In this document: positions 60,111 to 64,000 of the stretch, one piece after another | Position numbering within the stretch: position 1 is the first letter of the stretch | Layout: each line of letters opens with the position of its first letter | Source of the DNA: Bacteriovoracaceae bacterium UBA4573 | Lineage (GTDB): Bacteria; Bdellovibrionota; UBA1018; UBA923 | NCBI GenBank assembly: GCA_002387735.1 | Contig: DGKJ01000108.1 | Span: 473 to 64,472, forward strand | DNA: 64,000 nucleotides | Direction of reading: 5' to 3' | The notes under the pieces: model-generated | Databases searched by the model: none | What the model was told of the DNA's origin: nothing | Seen by the model: only the letters and a program-made list of their open reading frames with translations | Position numbers and translations under genes: made by a program

Positions 60111-61472
60111 ATGCAAACTCTGAATATGGCGTTCGATAAACTCCACCAATTTAAAACCAAAGGCACTATTGACGCGTTTGAGATTCTTTTTCAACGCAGC
60201 TCGCAACTCGGCATTGAAGTGCAGGGTGGAAAAGTAGATCATCTTTCCCGCGCAACCGACCAGGGCATGGCGTTTCGCGTACTAAAAGACCAACGAATGG
60301 GGTTTTCCTACACCTTCGACTTAAGTGAAAACGCCGTGAACGTCGCACTACGCACGGCCATCGATATCGCAGCTCTCATGCCCCAGGACCCGCTCCTCAG
60401 TCTCGTCACCTTTCGCGATCAAAAATACACCACGATCGACTCAAAAAGCGGCCACGATGTCTATGATCTCCAGGGGATCGAACGTAATATTGAAGAAAAA
60501 ATTGAACTCGCCCGAGAAGTTGAACGCGCCGCGCGATCGGTCGATCAACGCATCACGCGGGTACGAAAAGCTGGGTACGATGAATCAATCGGTGAAATCG
60601 TCATTGTCGACACTGATGGAACACGCTTAAGCCATCACGGTACAACTTTTTCGACCGAAATACTCTGCGTGGCGGAAGACGGCCAATCTGCGGAAACCGG
60701 CTATGAATCGATTTCCTCCCCACTCAGCAAAAACCTCAAGGCCACCTGGGTTGGCGAAATGGGTGGCCGCAACGCGCTCGAGCTACTGCATGCCACTCCG
60801 GCCCCCACTCGAAAGTGTCCGGCAATATTTCGCAATTCGGTGGTGGCCGAGCTCATTGGTTTTCTCTCTGGTTCTTTTTCCGCAGAAAATATCGACAAGA
60901 ATTTTTCGCTCTTATCGCTCAATAAAATCGGCCAACAAGTTTTTTCAAAAGAACTAAATATATATGATGACGGACTATTACCCGGGGGCCTAGCCACCGG
61001 TGCGTTCGACGGAGAGGGCATGCCGCAGTCACGCACCACTCTGTTGAAGGCAGGGGTCGTAGAATCCATTTTGGCGGATCAGTATTACGCTCGCAAAATG
61101 AAAATCAAGGCCACCGGCAATTGTTCTCGTGGCATTAAAACACCTCCTTCGATCGGAACCACGAATTTGTATTTGGAAAAAGGTCCTCATAGTTTCGAAG
61201 CGCTTCTTAAACAGGCGCACAACGGCGTCGTGATCACCGAAGTCATGGGCCTTCACACCGCAAATCCGGTAACCGGTGAGTTTTCGGTGGGTGCTAGTGG
61301 CCTTCTTATAGAAAACGGCCAAATCACCAAACCGGTGAAGGGGTTCGCCATTGCTGGCAACTTGACAGACCTTTTATCAAAAGTAACTGCAGTAGGTAAC
61401 GATCACCGTTTTTGGGGCACCACGGGAGCGTCTAGTTTTATGGTGTCTGAGCTAAACATTGGCGGATCCTAA
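60111..61472 (+). CDS. TldD/PmbA-family metalloprotease
   Basis: About 450 aa with PmbA_TldD-family architecture. The ORF-track start at 60105 is a TTG and the first ATG is at 60111. Divergent from prkA. Confidence 0.7.
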   Translation: MQTLNMAFDKLHQFKTKGTIDAFEILFQRSSQLGIEVQGGKVDHLSRATDQGMAFRVLKDQRMGFSYTFDLSENAVNVALRTAIDIAALMPQDPLLSLVTFRDQKYTTIDSKSGHDVYDLQGIERNIEEKIELAREVERAARSVDQRITRVRKAGYDESIGEIVIVDTDGTRLSHHGTTFSTEILCVAEDGQSAETGYESISSPLSKNLKATWVGEMGGRNALELLHATPAPTRKCPAIFRNSVVAELIGFLSGSFSAENIDKNFSLLSLNKIGQQVFSKELNIYDDGLLPGGLATGAFDGEGMPQSRTTLLKAGVVESILADQYYARKMKIKATGNCSRGIKTPPSIGTTNLYLEKGPHSFEALLKQAHNGVVITEVMGLHTANPVTGEFSVGASGLLIENGQITKPVKGFAIAGNLTDLLSKVTAVGNDHRFWGTTGASSFMVSELNIGGS

Positions 61473-61533
61473 ACCTTCACAATGTTTAAAGTTTACGCCT
61501 CCGACTTCGCGGTTTACTATGGAACCACCAGCT

Positions 61534-62283
61534 ATGATGCAACTCAAAGCAGCAGGACTTTCTCACGTCGGAATGAAGCGCAACCAAAACCAGGACAGCT
61601 TCATGCTCGCCCCCGAGCTCGGACTTTTTATTGTTGCCGACGGCATGGGGGGCCACAAGGGTGGCCAAATTGCCTCACTCATGGCGGTCACCACTATTAT
61701 CGACTTTTTGCGCGACCACGTTTCTAAAAACGGCGGCATCGCCGATGCCCGGGCGACGCTCACTCAAGCGCTCGAGCACGCAAACCAAGCCATTCAAAAA
61801 AAGGGGCAGACCGAAGTGGATCTAGCCGGAATGGGCACCACAGCCACCGCCCTACTTTTTCACGGTGGAAAGCTTTTTATCGCACACGTGGGCGACAGCA
61901 GAAGTTATTTGGTGCACCCAAATCGCATTTGGCAAATCACGCGCGACCACTCACTTGTGCAAGAAAAATTGCGCGCGGGCTTAATTACCCGCGAACAAAT
62001 GAAGAGCGACCAAAACAAAAACGTTATTACGCGATCAGTAGGCTTCGAGCCCGAGGTCGATGTCGATCTCTACGAAATCGACCCCCACCCGGGTGATGTT
62101 TTCGTCGTATGTAGCGACGGACTGAGCGGCATGATTTCGGACTCAATTATTCGCGAAGTGGTCGAAAAACGTGTTTTCAGCCAAAACTCGGTGGAAAAAG
62201 CCGCCAAAGAGCTGATCGAAAAAGCAAACCTACAAGGCGGCGATGACAATGTTACCGCCGTCGTCATTCAATTACACGAGTAA
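61534..62283 (+). CDS. PP2C-family Ser/Thr protein phosphatase
   Basis: MMQLKAAGLSHVGMKRNQNQDSF ... FIVADGMGGHKGGQIAS ... VVCSDGLSGM are PP2C motifs. The ORF-track TTG at 61459 would add 25 aa. The ATG at 61534 gives a typical 250-aa PP2C. Confidence 0.8.
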   Translation: MMQLKAAGLSHVGMKRNQNQDSFMLAPELGLFIVADGMGGHKGGQIASLMAVTTIIDFLRDHVSKNGGIADARATLTQALEHANQAIQKKGQTEVDLAGMGTTATALLFHGGKLFIAHVGDSRSYLVHPNRIWQITRDHSLVQEKLRAGLITREQMKSDQNKNVITRSVGFEPEVDVDLYEIDPHPGDVFVVCSDGLSGMISDSIIREVVEKRVFSQNSVEKAAKELIEKANLQGGDDNVTAVVIQLHE

Positions 62284-62292
62284 AACAAAACG

Positions 62293-63504
62293 ATGGCAGC
62301 GAATAAATTTTTTACCATCATGGTGGTGCCCGAAAAAACTCAGAAAGTTCGCAAGATCATTATTCCGCACTATGTCTTTCACGGAATGATCATCGCGATC
62401 GCATTTGCGGCGGTCTTGGCCGTTGTCATGGTGCTCGACTACGCCAACGTCATGAATCAAATTAGCGAAAATAAAAAACTTAAAGTCGAAAACCGCCAAC
62501 TTCGGCAATCGGTTCAAGTTTTTAAAAACAAAATGTTCACTATCGAAAACACTCTGGACCGCGTAAAAACGTTTGCCACCAAACTTCGAATCATTACCAA
62601 CATCGAAGACTCGCCGATGTCGCCAAGCATTCCGGAGTCGATGCCGACGCTTCCGTCGCAACCCGCGTTGCCACCGTTTGCCCCGTCAGCTCCTCACAGT
62701 CAGGCACCGGGTCCTGCACCTCCCAATGTGACTCAACGCATTCCTACCCGCCCGGGGAACCACTTAGGTTCTCCCATCGAAGCAGACACCGATCTCGAAG
62801 ACACTCTCAATCCACTGGCCGACAAAATTATCGATCCCATGTACGCGCAAGAATCGGTCCCACGCTACGATGATCGCCGATCTGAGCGAAAAAATCTTTT
62901 AGCCTCATTAATGTCGGGGGCTCAAGAAATCACCATGGCTTTGAGTGACACTGAGGCTAGCCTTTATGTTCAAAGCGAGTTCGAGAAACTCGATCTGGCC
63001 TACGATGCCGTCAATTCGTTTGCTCTCGAAACCGAACAAGAGACTCAGTTTATTTTAGAAAAGCTCGGCGAAAAACGAACCTTACTTGCCAGCACTCCCA
63101 CTCGCCTGCCCACGCTCGGCTACGTAACCTCGGAGTACGGAGTTCGCATCTCGCCCATCGACGGCCGCCGCAAAATGCACGAAGGAATCGACATTGCCAA
63201 TCGCTACGGAGCCGACATCATTGCCCCTGCCGACGGTCTAGTGGTTTTTTCAGGAGTTAAACCGGCCTACGGTAAACTCGTCATTTTAGATCACGGCAAC
63301 GGAATCGAAACGCGGTTTGCTCACAACTCGAAAACCACAGTCAAAGTTGGTGACCGCGTCAAACGAGGTCAGCGCATCGCCAACGTCGGCAGCACCGGCC
63401 ATTCCACCGGGCCCCACTGCCACTATGAAGTTCACGCCGGCGGCATGCCGGTTGACCCCTGCTGGTACATTCTCGACCACCCGGCGATTTGCCGGTCGCG
63501 TTAA
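62293..63504 (+). CDS. M23 family peptidase (EnvC/NlpD-like) with N-terminal TM, coiled-coil and Pro-rich linker
   Basis: C-terminal HEGIDIANRYGADIIAPADGLVVFSG ... LDHGNGIETRFAHNS ... GSTGHSTGPHCHYEVH (HxxxD ... HxH zinc site of LytM/M23). Confidence 0.8.
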   Translation: MAANKFFTIMVVPEKTQKVRKIIIPHYVFHGMIIAIAFAAVLAVVMVLDYANVMNQISENKKLKVENRQLRQSVQVFKNKMFTIENTLDRVKTFATKLRIITNIEDSPMSPSIPESMPTLPSQPALPPFAPSAPHSQAPGPAPPNVTQRIPTRPGNHLGSPIEADTDLEDTLNPLADKIIDPMYAQESVPRYDDRRSERKNLLASLMSGAQEITMALSDTEASLYVQSEFEKLDLAYDAVNSFALETEQETQFILEKLGEKRTLLASTPTRLPTLGYVTSEYGVRISPIDGRRKMHEGIDIANRYGADIIAPADGLVVFSGVKPAYGKLVILDHGNGIETRFAHNSKTTVKVGDRVKRGQRIANVGSTGHSTGPHCHYEVHAGGMPVDPCWYILDHPAICRSR

Positions 63505-63581
63505 CTATTCTCTGAATTCCACCCAAACTTGATCAAATTCATTAAATATTATATACCCATCGCGTCAAAAGGGGTGGTTTC

Positions 63582-64000
63582 ATGATTCGATTTTTTACGA
63601 ATTTCCTGTTCGGAGTCCTGCTACTTTCCCATTCGGCGCTCGGTGCCGTGAATATTCAGGTCGTAGACTCGCGCAACGGAAGTGGTTGCGGCAATGTGCT
63701 ACGAGGCCTTGCCCCGGTAGATAGCGAAGTGATCGCAGAACTCAACCGCTCCAAAATCCCGCGCCTTCACGTTTTTGATATCCTTTATAGTCTGGGCGGA
63801 ACTCCTATTGAATTGCTGGCCATGTTCAACGGTGTACCGGTGATCGAGAGTGACACCGTGCGCGGCGAAGCGTCGCCAAATTCTATTTATCGAATTCGAG
63901 TAGCCGCTACGCCAGAACGACTACGCAAACTGCTCGAAGAAGCCGGGAGCGGTGTGCGCTGGGTGGGTTTTGAATGGAATTCAAGCGTTGTCACCCGAGC
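63582..64000 (+). CDS. hypothetical secreted protein, 5' part (continues off window)
   Basis: RBS aaaaggggtgg plus ATG. Signal peptide MIRFFTNFLFGVLLLSHSALGA. No stop within the window. Confidence 0.4.
   Translation, partial: MIRFFTNFLFGVLLLSHSALGAVNIQVVDSRNGSGCGNVLRGLAPVDSEVIAELNRSKIPRLHVFDILYSLGGTPIELLAMFNGVPVIESDTVRGEASPNSIYRIRVAATPERLRKLLEEAGSGVRWVGFEWNSSVVTR

Noticed and set aside
1-64000. Search for CRISPR arrays, tRNA or rRNA genes, transposases, integrases or obvious IS terminal repeats
   Set aside because: No regularly spaced direct repeats, no tRNA-like GC-rich 75-90-nt intergenic segment, no rRNA-like sequence and no recombinase or transposase motif were seen in any frame. This rests on visual inspection only. 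tRNAscan, Infernal and CRISPR finders were not run.

Overview
A 64-kb chromosomal segment (about 50% GC, densely coding on both strands) from a Gram-negative (diderm) bacterium. Gene content loosely suggests a Bdellovibrio-like or deltaproteobacterial-type organism: many secreted or lipoprotein unknowns, several peptidoglycan-remodelling enzymes, and a secreted ankyrin protein. That attribution is low-confidence. Housekeeping anchors read from the translations are the rpsO-pnp operon, an RpoH-like sigma factor, a tmk-holB operon fused to a Mla/MCE-type ABC system, glpD, aspS, murJ, lgt, an FKBP PPIase, an acyl-CoA dehydrogenase, motAB, mltA, an RluA-family pseudouridine synthase and the PrkA/YeaH/SpoVR stress module. 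The last part of the window holds an operon encoding a TldD/PmbA protease, a PP2C phosphatase and an M23 peptidase. No rRNA, tRNA, CRISPR array, transposase or integrase was recognised. The most unusual items are: (i) a 1064-aa secreted ankyrin-repeat protein sitting between prkA and yeaH in the otherwise conserved prkA-yeaH-spoVR module; (ii) a 45-aa hydrophobic ORF whose very strong SD is locked in a 12-bp hairpin by an anti-SD copy, resembling a type I toxin; (iii) two tandem paralogous Cys-rich lipoproteins of about 650 aa; (iv) a sigma-54-type -24/-12 element with a long structured leader upstream of a secreted M4 (thermolysin-like) metalloprotease; (v) a duplicated-ATPase, duplicated-permease Mla-like transporter; and (vi) several intergenic palindromes. 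Many ORF-track starts are TTG or GTG; where homology or a signal peptide indicated a better ATG, the feature start was moved and the change is noted in the evidence.
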